Shown: one piece after another, positions 44,785-54,027 of the stretch | Layout of the letters: each line of letters starts with the position of its first letter | How positions within the stretch are numbered: the first letter of the stretch is position 1 | Source: a virus | Lineage: Duplodnaviria > Caudoviricetes | Virus record (IMG/VR): IMGVR_UViG_3300032293_001960 | Span: 1 to 59,981 of that record | DNA: 59,981 nucleotides | Direction: 5' to 3' (one strand) | The notes under the pieces: generated by a model | What the model was told of the DNA's origin: nothing | Database searches by the model: none | What the model saw: the letters and a program-made list of their open reading frames with translations, nothing else | Position numbers and translations under genes: made by a program

Positions 44785-45158
44785 TGCCACGGCCACAACG
44801 CGACATCAACCGGGCTGTTCAAGCTGCTAAGGCCAAAGCAATGCGGCAATTAGCGGTATATCTCGAAGCTAGTTTCACTGATGAAATTTCAGCAGTGAAG
44901 TGGGGTTGGCCTAACCCGCCAACTACAAGAGACATCGTGGACAAAAACCGTCTGCGCAGCAGCTTGACCCGTGAGATTAATGAAGATGACTCCGTGACTT
45001 TTACCTGGGCCACCGATTACGCCTCCCACGTCCATGAGGGGTATGTCGCCATCGATGGTAACCGCTACCCAGCTAGGCCCTGGACACGGGAGCCACTCAA
45101 GGAGGTCCCGACAAAGTTCGGTGAATTCCTCCGCGCTGCCCTGGAGCGCTCGTCATGA
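44784..45158 (+). CDS. neck protein (HK97 gp10-like)
   Basis: RDIVDKNRLRSS, YASHVHEG, PARPW. Confidence 0.7.
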   Translation: MPRPQRDINRAVQAAKAKAMRQLAVYLEASFTDEISAVKWGWPNPPTTRDIVDKNRLRSSLTREINEDDSVTFTWATDYASHVHEGYVAIDGNRYPARPWTREPLKEVPTKFGEFLRAALERSS

Positions 45159-45628
45159 CGATCTCCACCGCCTGCCCCAGCCCACGGGACCTACGCCGCA
45201 CTCTTGAGCGCTACATCCTCGACATCTACGAGGCTGACGGCTCCACCCTCAAGTCCGAGCTGCATTGGCCAGGTGTTTACACCCTGCCCAACAAAACTCG
45301 AATCCCTGCGGTCTATGTCATCGGTTCTTCCACGGTGCCATCGAGCTGGAATATCACCGGCATCGAATGCATCGTTGAGGAAGTCCCCGAGGCCGTATCC
45401 CCCGGTTCCATGAGCGGCATCCTGACTTTCGAGTCATGGAAAGTGCGCTTTACGAACTACGGCAACAGAGAGGGTACGCAAATGCCTCTTTCCATGAGGG
45501 ACATCGTCCGTCGTTTAGTGCGGACTTTCCCTCGAGCCTCAATTGTTCCCATGCCTCGCACCGAGGCGACATTCGAGGCTGTTACGGCTCGTATCACTGA
45601 GCCATCTATCCATCCCCCCATCCCCTAG
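45155..45628 (+). CDS. putative tail completion/terminator protein
   Basis: position before the tail tube gene. Confidence 0.5.
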   Translation: MTISTACPSPRDLRRTLERYILDIYEADGSTLKSELHWPGVYTLPNKTRIPAVYVIGSSTVPSSWNITGIECIVEEVPEAVSPGSMSGILTFESWKVRFTNYGNREGTQMPLSMRDIVRRLVRTFPRASIVPMPRTEATFEAVTARITEPSIHPPIP

Positions 45629-45638
45629 GAGAACTCCC

Positions 45639-46247
45639 ATGGCCGATTATGCAATCGGACTTGCATTCCACAAAGCTCACCGCACGCTCGTTCGTGCTGT
45701 GGGTCTCAAAGCCCCTTGTCGGTATTTCGCTTCACGAAATAGCACCACCGGTCTAATCACCTTGCCCACATTGGACGCTGGTGATGCTTATATCACCATC
45801 CAAGGTGTGTCACAAACCTCGTTTCAGATCAACGACACCAATCAAGATTTTCGTCTGCTTGGTGACGACGGCTGGGGCGACAGCGTGATCACTGGATCTA
45901 GCGTACAGGCTAGTGTCACGACCTACTTCATGAAAGACACCACCACTCCTGAGGGCGGTGGTTGCCCAACGTTCGTAGGCGACTACGAGGAAGGCTTCGA
46001 GCTGTTTCAGCGTGCCCGCTACGACAAGGATTACGAAGTGTACTTCGAGTTCCTGAAAGAGATGGGCCGTGCTTCTGGCTCCTCTGGTAACTACATCTAT
46101 GACTTCACCGGCTTCAATGCCGTTGTCAGTAACTACCAGGAGCAGATGTCCGCTGAAGGTCTCACCGAGATCTCCCTGGATCTCATGTCCCGAGGCCGTC
46201 CGGTGTTCGGCATGTACAGCAACACCACGGCACTGAGCTTTGCCTGA
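45639..46247 (+). CDS. major tail tube protein
   Basis: AGGAG RBS; LLGDDGWGDSVITG; followed by terminator and chaperones. Confidence 0.75.
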   Translation: MADYAIGLAFHKAHRTLVRAVGLKAPCRYFASRNSTTGLITLPTLDAGDAYITIQGVSQTSFQINDTNQDFRLLGDDGWGDSVITGSSVQASVTTYFMKDTTTPEGGGCPTFVGDYEEGFELFQRARYDKDYEVYFEFLKEMGRASGSSGNYIYDFTGFNAVVSNYQEQMSAEGLTEISLDLMSRGRPVFGMYSNTTALSFA

Positions 46248-46269
46248 CCGTAGCTCGGTCACACTCACT

Positions 46270-46292
46270 GGCCCCGTTTTCGGGGCCTTTTT
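46270..46292 (+). terminator. intrinsic terminator
   Basis: GGCCCCG-TTTT-CGGGGCC-TTTTT. Confidence 0.85.
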
Positions 46293-46299
46293 CATCTGA

Positions 46300-46533
46300 A
46301 TGCAGTTTTCTTTCCTATCCGACCCAGAACGCACAGTTTTCGCGGTGAATTGTCGAGTTGAGGGCTCCACGCTCCACTGCGGTGCCCTCTACCTCGAACC
46401 CCTCATCCGTCAGCAGTCTATACGCTTAGCGGATGAACGCGCTACATTGTCATTGAATCTTCTACCAGAACTGCTCAACCAGTCCATCCCATTTCGGGCC
46501 TGGGATGTTGAGCTTCCTATAAGCCATGAGTAA
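46300..46533 (+). CDS. hypothetical protein
   Basis: 77-aa ORF in the tail operon. Confidence 0.5.
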   Translation: MQFSFLSDPERTVFAVNCRVEGSTLHCGALYLEPLIRQQSIRLADERATLSLNLLPELLNQSIPFRAWDVELPISHE

Positions 46534-47071
46534 GTACGGCAGCCTTCTTTTCCCGAGCCCTACCGAGTTTCATGAGATCGGGCCATTTCGTTTTCCTATC
46601 CATAAAGAGCTTCGCACGGGTGAGATCATCGGTTTCGAAAAAATTGATAGGCAGCAAAGTAAGGTCACACTTGCACAGATGAAGCTCGTGCGTCGTATCT
46701 CTAGAGATAAGAAGGTTACACCTACGGAAGCACAAGACATGCTTTCTAAGATGTCAGACGATGAAAACTCAAACCTACTATTTGACTATGTTGATGAATT
46801 TAGTGAGGTTCAAAATGCGGGTATATCCATCACACAGACACAAATCAGCTACGTCACCGTACTGATGCAATACAGAGGGCAAGTCAAAATGCCCAAGGTC
46901 AAGGACTGGATTCAGACCCGAGACTGGACACAAGAGGACACTGAGGATCTGCCTTCTGAGATCCGCGCAAACATTTACCAATTCATTCTTTGGGAACGTG
47001 ACGGCTGGCCTGTAGCCGAACCCGAGGGAAAGCAGGAGGAGCCAGAGCTGGAACCAGCGCTCGTGAGCTGA
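46526..47071 (+). CDS. tail assembly chaperone (gpG-like)
   Basis: between tube and tape measure; contains G-GGA-AAG at 47026-47032. Confidence 0.75.
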   Translation: MSKYGSLLFPSPTEFHEIGPFRFPIHKELRTGEIIGFEKIDRQQSKVTLAQMKLVRRISRDKKVTPTEAQDMLSKMSDDENSNLLFDYVDEFSEVQNAGISITQTQISYVTVLMQYRGQVKMPKVKDWIQTRDWTQEDTEDLPSEIRANIYQFILWERDGWPVAEPEGKQEEPELEPALVS

Positions 47072-47520
47072 GCATCGACGGGATCATTGACCGCTGCGAA
47101 ACGCATCTGCGACTCCCCGAGACCGACTGGGATTCGATCTACTTCCGCATTCGCTGCTCCCCTCTTGGGCCTGATTTCCCTGCCGACCGTTTCCTGAGGA
47201 CTCCAGTACGCGTCATCCGCTGGGTCCTCCGTGAGCTGGACAATCAGGAGTTCGGACGCGCCAACCTAGAAGCGCTGCCAGTAGCTCGCCTGACCACGAC
47301 CCTAATCGGGATCGCTCACGGCTTCTCCGGATCCAAACGGGCCGCCCCCAAGTTGGATGTCAAGGATTTTCTGCCGTTCCCCGATTGGAACCCCGAGGGC
47401 GCAACCCGTATCGGGCCCAGCGACGAAACCGTTGTCCAGTTGAAGAATCTATTACTCAAGCGTCAGATTCCCATGCATGTGTTTACTTCTCTGATTACCC
47501 CAATCAGCCAATCCACGTAA
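47026..47520 (+). CDS. tail assembly chaperone gpT-like extension reached by -1 frameshift
   Basis: -1 frame open from the slippery site to TAA at 47518-47520, without an early start codon. Confidence 0.75.
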   Translation, partial: GKAGGARAGTSARELSIDGIIDRCETHLRLPETDWDSIYFRIRCSPLGPDFPADRFLRTPVRVIRWVLRELDNQEFGRANLEALPVARLTTTLIGIAHGFSGSKRAAPKLDVKDFLPFPDWNPEGATRIGPSDETVVQLKNLLLKRQIPMHVFTSLITPISQST

Positions 47521-47548
47521 CATACGGATAACGTATAGGGCTTAAGGT

Positions 47549-50500
47549 GTGTCTGAGTATCAAATAAAAGTCACAGCGGACACCAAAGCCGCTTTAGATG
47601 AATTAAGAAAACTGTCTAAACAGATAGAAGATATAAACAAGCCAAAGATACAGCCTATTGTAGACTCTAATAGTTTAGCTTCTTTAACCAGAGGTTTACA
47701 AACTGAGCTACGGCGCTTAAAAGAGCAGCAAGTCACCGTTGACATCAATAGCACTTCGTTCAAACAGTTAGGCGCACAAATTCAAGATACTCAAAATAGG
47801 CTTAGGGGTCTTGAGCAAAAGAAGCTGCTTATTAACGCAGACCCCTCTAGCATCGTTGCGTTAAAAGCTAAACTCGGAGACTTACAGCAACAACTTGAGA
47901 GAGTTAGTACAAAATCTGAAGCGTTTAAGCAACTTACTGGTGAGATCAAAAAAACTGAAGCTGCCTTAAGCGGAGTAGGTAACGCGGGCGGAGGAGGCGC
48001 AATGCGTCTTGTGGAGAACTTTGCAAAAGTTGGTCTCGCCCTGTACGGTGTACAACAGGCTGTGCGTCTCACGGGCGCTGCTTTCAAAGGTTTTTTTGAT
48101 GAAACAATAGGAAGGGAAGTAAAGTTCAGAGAAACAATACTTAAAACCCAGACCACTCTGGCTTCTACCAACAAAGTCTTTCGAAATGGTTCAGAAATTA
48201 CAGATCCCTATCAAAAGATTGTAGCTCTTACAGGACAAGTTGAGGAGCGTGTCGATAGCATCCGTAAGCGCTCTATTGAACTCGCGGGGGTCACGTCTAA
48301 CGATGTAGTTGAAGTTTTTGGAATTGTTTCCTCTCAAATCGGGATGATTGGTGGGGGCTTAAAAGACGCGGAAGATTTAGCAATTAGCTTCTCCGCTGCT
48401 TTAGGAACCTTTGGTCTCCCACTACATCAGGCTCGCCAAGAAATTGGCTCCATCATGCGGGGAGATATAACACAGGATTCTTACCTCGCAAAGGCCCTTG
48501 GAATTACTCCAAAAGATATAGAAAAAGCCAAAACACAAGCCGGTGGTGTCGTAGCTTTCATTCAAAAGAAACTAGAGGCTGCTGTCGCTGGCCAAAACAT
48601 CTCCGCGCAGAGCTTCTCTGGCGTGATAAGCAATCTTAAGGATTTACAAGAACTCTTTGGACAAGAATTTGGTAAAGGTTTACTCGACCCCATGCTGGGC
48701 GGTCTACGAACTGTTTTCAACTATCTCAATAGTATTCGAGATACCTTATTTGCAATAGGTAGAGAAGCGGGAGAGGGTATTGGTAAACTCTTCGGCAATA
48801 ATTTATCAGCGATCGTCGGAGGATCAGATCTATTCCAAGGCATGGGCGCCAGTGCCGCCGAGGGCGCTAAGCAGTTTGTAACCGTTATTCAACAGGCTTT
48901 TGCCTCATTACAGGCTGATGCTAATGAGTTTATAGCACCAGTTCGCAACATCCTAGAAGAGCTTGTTAAAAGTGCTGGTGTGCTACTCAGCGCATTCTTA
49001 GAACTAGGCAAGGCCCTGGCCTCTATCGGTGTTGAATCTCTAAAATCGCTTGCTTCTCTTTTTTCAAACCTCAGTGAAGTTGTAACAGTTATTGCTACAG
49101 GCCTTGCTGGTTTGCTGAAAGTTTTGACAGCACTTGTGCAGCTTCCACCTGTGATGGTGCTTGCTCAGTTAGCTGCTCAAGTAGCAATACTAAACAGGCT
49201 GGGGATCACCCAGATGTTCGTTAATGCTATTGGACCCATCAGAAATATGAGTACGGCTGTGGTGGGCCTTAGTCAAAATCTGATTAGAAGTGGAGTCAGC
49301 ATGAAGACTTTCACAAGTGCAGCTGCAGGCATGGGTGCTGCAGTATCTGCAGCAGTTGTATCCATGGGGCGAGCGGTTGCCAGTTTTATGAAAGCTAATG
49401 CGTACATGTTAATAATTCAAGTTACTCTAGCCGTTGTTTTAGATCTTTTCGGGCGTTTCCAACGTCAGCAGGAGGAACTTGCACGCACCCAGAAAGCAGA
49501 AGCGGCATTGCAAGAGCTGAACACGAAGTTTCGTGATGTAGGTGATAGCGCCACCGAGGCCGAAAAAGCGCAGAAGGCCTACCTCGAATCTTTAGTTGGC
49601 AATGAGTTCGACACTCTTACCAATAAGTTAAATGAATTGGACGAAAAACTTCGGCGACAAGCTGGGCCCAATATCTTCGAACAATTAGGCAATAGTGTAA
49701 AATGGTTTGCTGGAGAGCTAAGTAAGTTAGTACGTCAATTTGGCCCATTACTTTCCATTCTTACAGGTGCTGCATTAGGTGGAGGGATGGCTGGAATTAT
49801 TTCTAGTGTTAACTCAAAAACAGGTGGTAAAGCTCAGGATAACAAGATCTTTGGTTTTGATACCCGCAATATCACCGATCCCATGGGTCGTCACAGTAAA
49901 ACTGGGTGGTATCAGCAAGACATACTGCGTCAGCGACAGGAAACGGCTGCCCAAAGAGAAAAATTTAAGCTCAATGATAAAGCTGGCGGCACTGGTTCAG
50001 ATGACATCCGCCTTCAGGCTGAAGAAAACCGCGCCAATATCGAACGACAGAAGCAGCTTGAAAGTGATCTAGCTGAGCGTCGTCGCACCTTCGAGGAAGA
50101 GCTAGCAAATTTCCGCAAGTCCCAGGAGGACGCCGTCTTTGAGCGGCGACAGTCCCTAGCCCAGAAGGAAATCGACATCTTCCGTGCTGCTGGTGAGCTT
50201 CGAATCGCTCAGATGGAGCAGGCCAACGCGAAGATGATCGAAGGCGAGCAGGGTGCTTCCCGGGCGGCTATGGAAGCGCTCAACACCTACATCACCGAGC
50301 GCGAAAAGGGGGAACTGAACATCGAAGCGCAAAAGCAAGAGATAGCACAAGAAATGATAAAGATGGAAAAAACTCTGGCCGACTACAGGCTGGAGCAAGA
50401 GAAGCGAATTGCGGAGATACGTCGAAAGGCGGATGAGTACACCATGCTGGCAATTAAGGGTCAGCAAGAGATAGGTGCTGGTATGAGTGGAAGCGCTACC

Positions 50501-53500
50501 CCTGGTGGCGCAACCGGCCTTTCTGGTGGTAAAGCCTTCGATACCGGCCTCCGCACGGGCCCCGCGCACCTCATAGGAGGAAGTTCGGAGTATCACCAAG
50601 ATATGGCATTTGGTGCTGGCGTACCCCTTAAAGAGCAGGTTGCTCTTGTACGTCAAATGGCACAAGAATACGATAAAATAGGGAAAGCGATGGTGTTAAG
50701 TAATAATGCTGTCCACGGAAGAGTATTCCCTGTAAATGGTTCCGAGAGTGAACAAACTAAATGGGTAACAGATGCTCGTGCTGCTCATCGTTCTCGTAAC
50801 GGGGGAACCGGAAGAGATGCAATCGACTTTTACACACCTTCCAAACAAGTAGCTCTCGAAAGAGGCGGTAAAGCTGCATTAGCGCACAGTTCAGCCGTAG
50901 AAAGCACGCCCATGCTTGCTCCTGTAATACCAGGAGCGCAGAGAGAGTATTTCAGTGGTGGTCGCAATGGAGCTGGTATGCGACTTACACGCGATGGCCA
51001 GCAGCTCTTCACGCTCATCCATGGGAGAACTGACCGAGCTTTACCGCAAAACGGAGCCATCCCTGTAGCCTCTGCCCCTACAGCTTCTCGTCCTTCTAGC
51101 AGCGGTATCACCCCCGAGCTACGAGCCGCGCTCGACACCATCCGAATGGCTGAAGGCACTTGGCTTGGTGGATCTGATAAGGGCTACCAGACCATGTTTG
51201 GTGGCGGCACCTTCTCCAGTTACGCCCGCCATCCAGATAAGGTCATCCGCTCTGGAGGTTACGCCAGCGCCGCAGCCGGTGCCTATCAATTCATGCCCAA
51301 CACCTGGGCTTCCCTTGGTCAAAAAGACTTCAGCCCAGAAAGTCAAGACAAGGCCGCAATCGAACTATTAAAAAAACGGGGTGTCTACGATGCACTCGCT
51401 GCAGGTAAGTTCACACCTGAAGTGTCAGCAAAGATGGCCCCCGAATGGGCATCATTCCCAACAAAGGCTGGGGTTAGTTTTTACGGTCAGCCCGTTAAGA
51501 AGTTCTCAGAACTACAAAAGTTCTATCAACAGCGACTGGGAGAAAACCAAAAGACTCAACCATTCCGCACACTCCCCGAGTACGGCTCTACTCTCGATAA
51601 CCCGCAGCACACGCAGAAAATCGGAGATCTTGAGCGGCAACTCATGGCAAGTGACCAGAAGCTGGCAACGCTCCGCACCTCTTTAACTGAGCTCAGCAAC
51701 AGCAAAAACTTTGATGCTATTGGCAAAGCATTTGAAGATGCCCTTCCTGGCAAGGAAGATTTTGAAGCAATGGAAACGCAGTTGTATGGCACGATGCAAA
51801 CCATTGCCCAACTTGGAGAGACTGCAGGCGAAGCCTTTGATCCTGAAGCAGCGAAGTTAATAGTCGAACATACTTCTAATCAAATGGTATTGGAGCGTGA
51901 GCTTGGACAGACAAAAGCGCATATCGCACAACTAACTAACCTGTCAGATGCAGAGCGACTGAAGATAAATGAAATGCTAAATCAAACCGCAGAGAAGTAT
52001 AACCAGAATCAAACCCGCACCTTAGAACTCAAAAAGCAGCAACTTGCAGCAGAACGAGGTCTGGCCTATATCCAAGAGGCCCAGCAGCGAACTCGTGAAA
52101 TGAATGAACAGACAGAGATCATACGTAATACTTCTCAAATGAAATTTAGCGGGATGCGGCAAGAGGATATAGATTACGAACTAGACGTCGCAGCTATTCG
52201 ACGCAACTACGATAAACAATTCAAACAGCTACTTACGGCCAATCCTGTAGCCAACAAAATCAGTGAAACTTTCATAGCACCTGTGGCCGAGCCGGTCGAT
52301 GCTGGAATGTTTACCACACCCTTGCCTAAACCAGTGGCGCCGCCCGCCCCCGCAGTGCCTGTAGCCACGCCTGCTAACAACATCGTTCCAACAAGCGGTA
52401 AGCCCCCTACCACTGCCACCACACCCGCTCCCCCAAGCACGACTCCGATCTCCGCACTCGTGGCCGGCGCTAAAACTTCCCTCTTGGATACACAAGCTGC
52501 GGCGTTAGCACTTTCTGCTACAGCTACTAACACCCTTGCTCCTGCACTCTCTGATGTCTTCACTTCTATTGCTGCAAGTGAACTTCAGCTTCCTGAGGGA
52601 TTCAAAGCAATATCCGCAGGTTTTCTTGAATCTACAAACTCCTTTATTGATGCATCTGGTGGATTAAGCGCCAAACTTATCGACGATACGAACAAACAAA
52701 TAGAGGCACGAGGTCGGCTGCGTGATGCTATCAATGAATCCAACGACCCGATCCGCAACCAGATCGGTCAGTGGCGCCGCGAGCTAGCCGATACTGAAGG
52801 CATGGTGGCGAGCCTTGGAGGCACCATCCAATCGGAGCTCTCTGGGGCCATGAGCACCTCCTTGATCGGCCTGGTCAATGGCACGAATACAGCCAAGGAA
52901 GCGTTCAGCTCAATGCTGCAAAGCATCGGTAAAACAATGGTGGACACCGCCACTCAGATGCTGTCCAAGTCACTGGTGAGTGGCCTGATGGGTGGTGGCG
53001 CTGCTGGTGGTGGCATCCTGGGCAGCATCTTCGGTCTCAGTGGAGGCGGTGGTGGCGGTCTGGGGGGCCTCTTGGGAGGCCTCTTCGGCGCCCGCGCTGC
53101 TGGTGGTCACGCTGATGCCAATCGCCCCCTCCTGATCGGCGAGCGTGGCCCCGAGATCTTCGTACCCGATACCGGGGGCCAGATCGTTCCAAATCACCGC
53201 GCCCAGGCCTACGCAGCGATGTCGCGCTCTATGGACGACTCGGCTTTCCCTAAGACACAAAAGGGCGGCACGAATTTACGACAGCAAGAAGATCCCTTTG
53301 CAGCTAATAAAGAAGTGCTCGGCTCAATTGCTGCTGCGTCCCAGAAGCGCAGCACTGAGAAATCTATTGCCAGCATTGGCGGCACCTCCGAGATCAAATA
53401 CTCCCGCGTCAACTCCGGTGACCTACCCTTCATCACCGAGGACGACGCCCTGCGGATCGCTAAACAAGCTGAAATGAATGGAGCTAAGATGGGTCAACAG

Positions 53501-53557
53501 CGCACCCTTGCGGCCCTGCGCAACAACCCGAGCACGAGGAGAGGCATAGGTATCTAA
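47549..53557 (+). CDS. tape measure protein with internal lambda-R-like muramidase domain
   Basis: 2002 aa, helical; LDTIRMAEGT..AAGAYQF..APEWASFP at ~51110-51540; C-terminal IGERGPEIFVP. Confidence 0.9.
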   Translation: MSEYQIKVTADTKAALDELRKLSKQIEDINKPKIQPIVDSNSLASLTRGLQTELRRLKEQQVTVDINSTSFKQLGAQIQDTQNRLRGLEQKKLLINADPSSIVALKAKLGDLQQQLERVSTKSEAFKQLTGEIKKTEAALSGVGNAGGGGAMRLVENFAKVGLALYGVQQAVRLTGAAFKGFFDETIGREVKFRETILKTQTTLASTNKVFRNGSEITDPYQKIVALTGQVEERVDSIRKRSIELAGVTSNDVVEVFGIVSSQIGMIGGGLKDAEDLAISFSAALGTFGLPLHQARQEIGSIMRGDITQDSYLAKALGITPKDIEKAKTQAGGVVAFIQKKLEAAVAGQNISAQSFSGVISNLKDLQELFGQEFGKGLLDPMLGGLRTVFNYLNSIRDTLFAIGREAGEGIGKLFGNNLSAIVGGSDLFQGMGASAAEGAKQFVTVIQQAFASLQADANEFIAPVRNILEELVKSAGVLLSAFLELGKALASIGVESLKSLASLFSNLSEVVTVIATGLAGLLKVLTALVQLPPVMVLAQLAAQVAILNRLGITQMFVNAIGPIRNMSTAVVGLSQNLIRSGVSMKTFTSAAAGMGAAVSAAVVSMGRAVASFMKANAYMLIIQVTLAVVLDLFGRFQRQQEELARTQKAEAALQELNTKFRDVGDSATEAEKAQKAYLESLVGNEFDTLTNKLNELDEKLRRQAGPNIFEQLGNSVKWFAGELSKLVRQFGPLLSILTGAALGGGMAGIISSVNSKTGGKAQDNKIFGFDTRNITDPMGRHSKTGWYQQDILRQRQETAAQREKFKLNDKAGGTGSDDIRLQAEENRANIERQKQLESDLAERRRTFEEELANFRKSQEDAVFERRQSLAQKEIDIFRAAGELRIAQMEQANAKMIEGEQGASRAAMEALNTYITEREKGELNIEAQKQEIAQEMIKMEKTLADYRLEQEKRIAEIRRKADEYTMLAIKGQQEIGAGMSGSATPGGATGLSGGKAFDTGLRTGPAHLIGGSSEYHQDMAFGAGVPLKEQVALVRQMAQEYDKIGKAMVLSNNAVHGRVFPVNGSESEQTKWVTDARAAHRSRNGGTGRDAIDFYTPSKQVALERGGKAALAHSSAVESTPMLAPVIPGAQREYFSGGRNGAGMRLTRDGQQLFTLIHGRTDRALPQNGAIPVASAPTASRPSSSGITPELRAALDTIRMAEGTWLGGSDKGYQTMFGGGTFSSYARHPDKVIRSGGYASAAAGAYQFMPNTWASLGQKDFSPESQDKAAIELLKKRGVYDALAAGKFTPEVSAKMAPEWASFPTKAGVSFYGQPVKKFSELQKFYQQRLGENQKTQPFRTLPEYGSTLDNPQHTQKIGDLERQLMASDQKLATLRTSLTELSNSKNFDAIGKAFEDALPGKEDFEAMETQLYGTMQTIAQLGETAGEAFDPEAAKLIVEHTSNQMVLERELGQTKAHIAQLTNLSDAERLKINEMLNQTAEKYNQNQTRTLELKKQQLAAERGLAYIQEAQQRTREMNEQTEIIRNTSQMKFSGMRQEDIDYELDVAAIRRNYDKQFKQLLTANPVANKISETFIAPVAEPVDAGMFTTPLPKPVAPPAPAVPVATPANNIVPTSGKPPTTATTPAPPSTTPISALVAGAKTSLLDTQAAALALSATATNTLAPALSDVFTSIAASELQLPEGFKAISAGFLESTNSFIDASGGLSAKLIDDTNKQIEARGRLRDAINESNDPIRNQIGQWRRELADTEGMVASLGGTIQSELSGAMSTSLIGLVNGTNTAKEAFSSMLQSIGKTMVDTATQMLSKSLVSGLMGGGAAGGGILGSIFGLSGGGGGGLGGLLGGLFGARAAGGHADANRPLLIGERGPEIFVPDTGGQIVPNHRAQAYAAMSRSMDDSAFPKTQKGGTNLRQQEDPFAANKEVLGSIAAASQKRSTEKSIASIGGTSEIKYSRVNSGDLPFITEDDALRIAKQAEMNGAKMGQQRTLAALRNNPSTRRGIGI

Positions 53558-54027
53558 TGCAAATAGCGATTGGTACTTACATTAACTTCCGACTGTTCAC
53601 AGGTGCGAATACAGGATACGCCTTTCAAAACTTTCACGCAGGAGCAACGCGTAGCTATGGCGGCGTCAGCTACATCTACGCAGGTTTTGGTTTTAGTGGC
53701 ACCAGTGTAGACCTACAAGGCAGTGCAATTGAGGCCCAGCTGGTTTTTGCTGTTAGCTCCCTGCTGATGACCTTTATCCAGCAGGCCGCAGACGAGCGTT
53801 GGATCCTCCGAGTGCGTACTGTTTGGCTGGACCCCGATACATTGGTGGAGACGAGCACCTATATGGAAGAGGTCTATCAAGTACACGCATTCCAGCATAA
53901 TGGTAGTCGGCTTAGCTTAAAGCTCGGTAGTCCTTTAGATGCTGTAGCGAGCCATGTTCCCAAGCGAACGCTACGTCAAGGGCTTGTAGGAGCTCTACCT
54001 TCTTCAGGGCAGATTAACTTCTCATGA
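53557..54027 (+). CDS. minor tail protein
   Basis: YAFQNF, LGSPLDAV..VPKR..LVGALP; after the TMP. Confidence 0.65.
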   Translation: MQIAIGTYINFRLFTGANTGYAFQNFHAGATRSYGGVSYIYAGFGFSGTSVDLQGSAIEAQLVFAVSSLLMTFIQQAADERWILRVRTVWLDPDTLVETSTYMEEVYQVHAFQHNGSRLSLKLGSPLDAVASHVPKRTLRQGLVGALPSSGQINFS

